From assembly GCA_030390025.1 (NCBI GenBank), contig CM059432.1, positions 96,102,001-96,166,000 on the forward strand: DNA of 64,000 bases. The letters are read 5' to 3'. Below the pieces are notes generated by a model that was not told where the DNA came from, made no database searches, and was given only the letters and a program-made list of their open reading frames with translations. A program made the translations under genes and the position numbers. Origin of the DNA: Squalus acanthias (taxonomy: Eukaryota). This document shows, piece after piece, positions 63,501-64,000 of this stretch. Each line of letters starts with the position of its first letter. The first letter of the stretch is position 1.

Positions 63501-64000
63501 CTGAGATGTCGGATCACTTCCGCCTGTGCTGCAATGGAAGCTCTGAGATCGCCCATCACACCCAGCATTGTGTTTGAGTCCACAAATTCTCTAATGGAGT
63601 TGCCCATCATTTCCATCCTGGAAATCATGGGCTCCAAGCTCTGCAGTGTTGGAGCCGGACTCCTCCATGTTCCTTGACACTGACAAGAGGCTCTCTGGCA
63701 GGCTAGCATTTTTGTGTGCATGCCCATCACCCTTCTTCTGAAGGCTGCCCCATCGAAGTCATCATCTGAGGCCTGTGCAGCAGAATTCGTGCGTGAACTT
63801 GCCGTCCGGGGAGCTGGCACCCGAGCTACCCTTTCTCCCTGGCCTGGCTGCAGCCCACGCATGCCCACCTCTATATAACCCTCTAAAGTACGTGCAGTGC
63901 CATTTTCTGAGCTGGTGTCTGTGAGTGTCAGATGCAATGCCGGCATGTCTTCTTCTTCTCCTCCATCACTCCTCCTCCAGAACTTAAGGAACAGGCTAGG
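60510..64000. mobile_element. Two-gene PIF/Harbinger (copy C), runs off the window
   Basis: Left end ggccgcgaaa matches the reverse complement of copy A's right end; transposase remnant 61640-62836 (+); Myb exon 3 ~63002-64000 (-). Confidence 0.88.
60702..61390 (+). mobile_element. CR1 3' fragment inserted in Harbinger C
   Basis: QRRFTRLIP...RGDLIETYKIL and CR1 3' UTR. Confidence 0.9.

Noticed and set aside
1..64000. CRISPR arrays, rRNA genes or prokaryotic operons
   Set aside because: None seen; the sequence is eukaryotic and transposon-derived

Overview
Repeat-dense vertebrate DNA, most likely from a cartilaginous fish (inferred from an HE1-type V-SINE, Deu-domain SacSINE1/AmnSINE1-like SINEs and abundant esterase-ORF1 CR1 LINEs). 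The only host gene I recognise is the 5' end of syntabulin (SYBU) on the minus strand, with coding exons at 7493-7519 and 6660-6855 and a probable alternative micro first exon at 6960-6968. The remaining ~56 kb upstream is nested transposons. These include CR1 LINEs (one nearly intact), L2, a second CR1-group LINE and three SINE families. There are three two-gene PIF/Harbinger elements (convergent transposase and Myb/SANT genes, all disrupted) and about ten non-autonomous Harbinger derivatives with variable 3-bp TSDs. A candidate solo LTR and Penelope-like elements with minimal hammerhead ribozymes are also present. The most striking structure is an almost perfect ~1.18 kb Penelope fold-back palindrome (28864-30044) that creates mirror-image, ATG-initiated GIY-YIG endonuclease ORFs on both strands, inside a Harbinger Myb gene. 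Also notable is a MITE family carrying a CCAAT/CRE motif, four hairpins (one with a compensatory change) and a splice donor. All calls are by eye; TE boundaries without TSDs are approximate.
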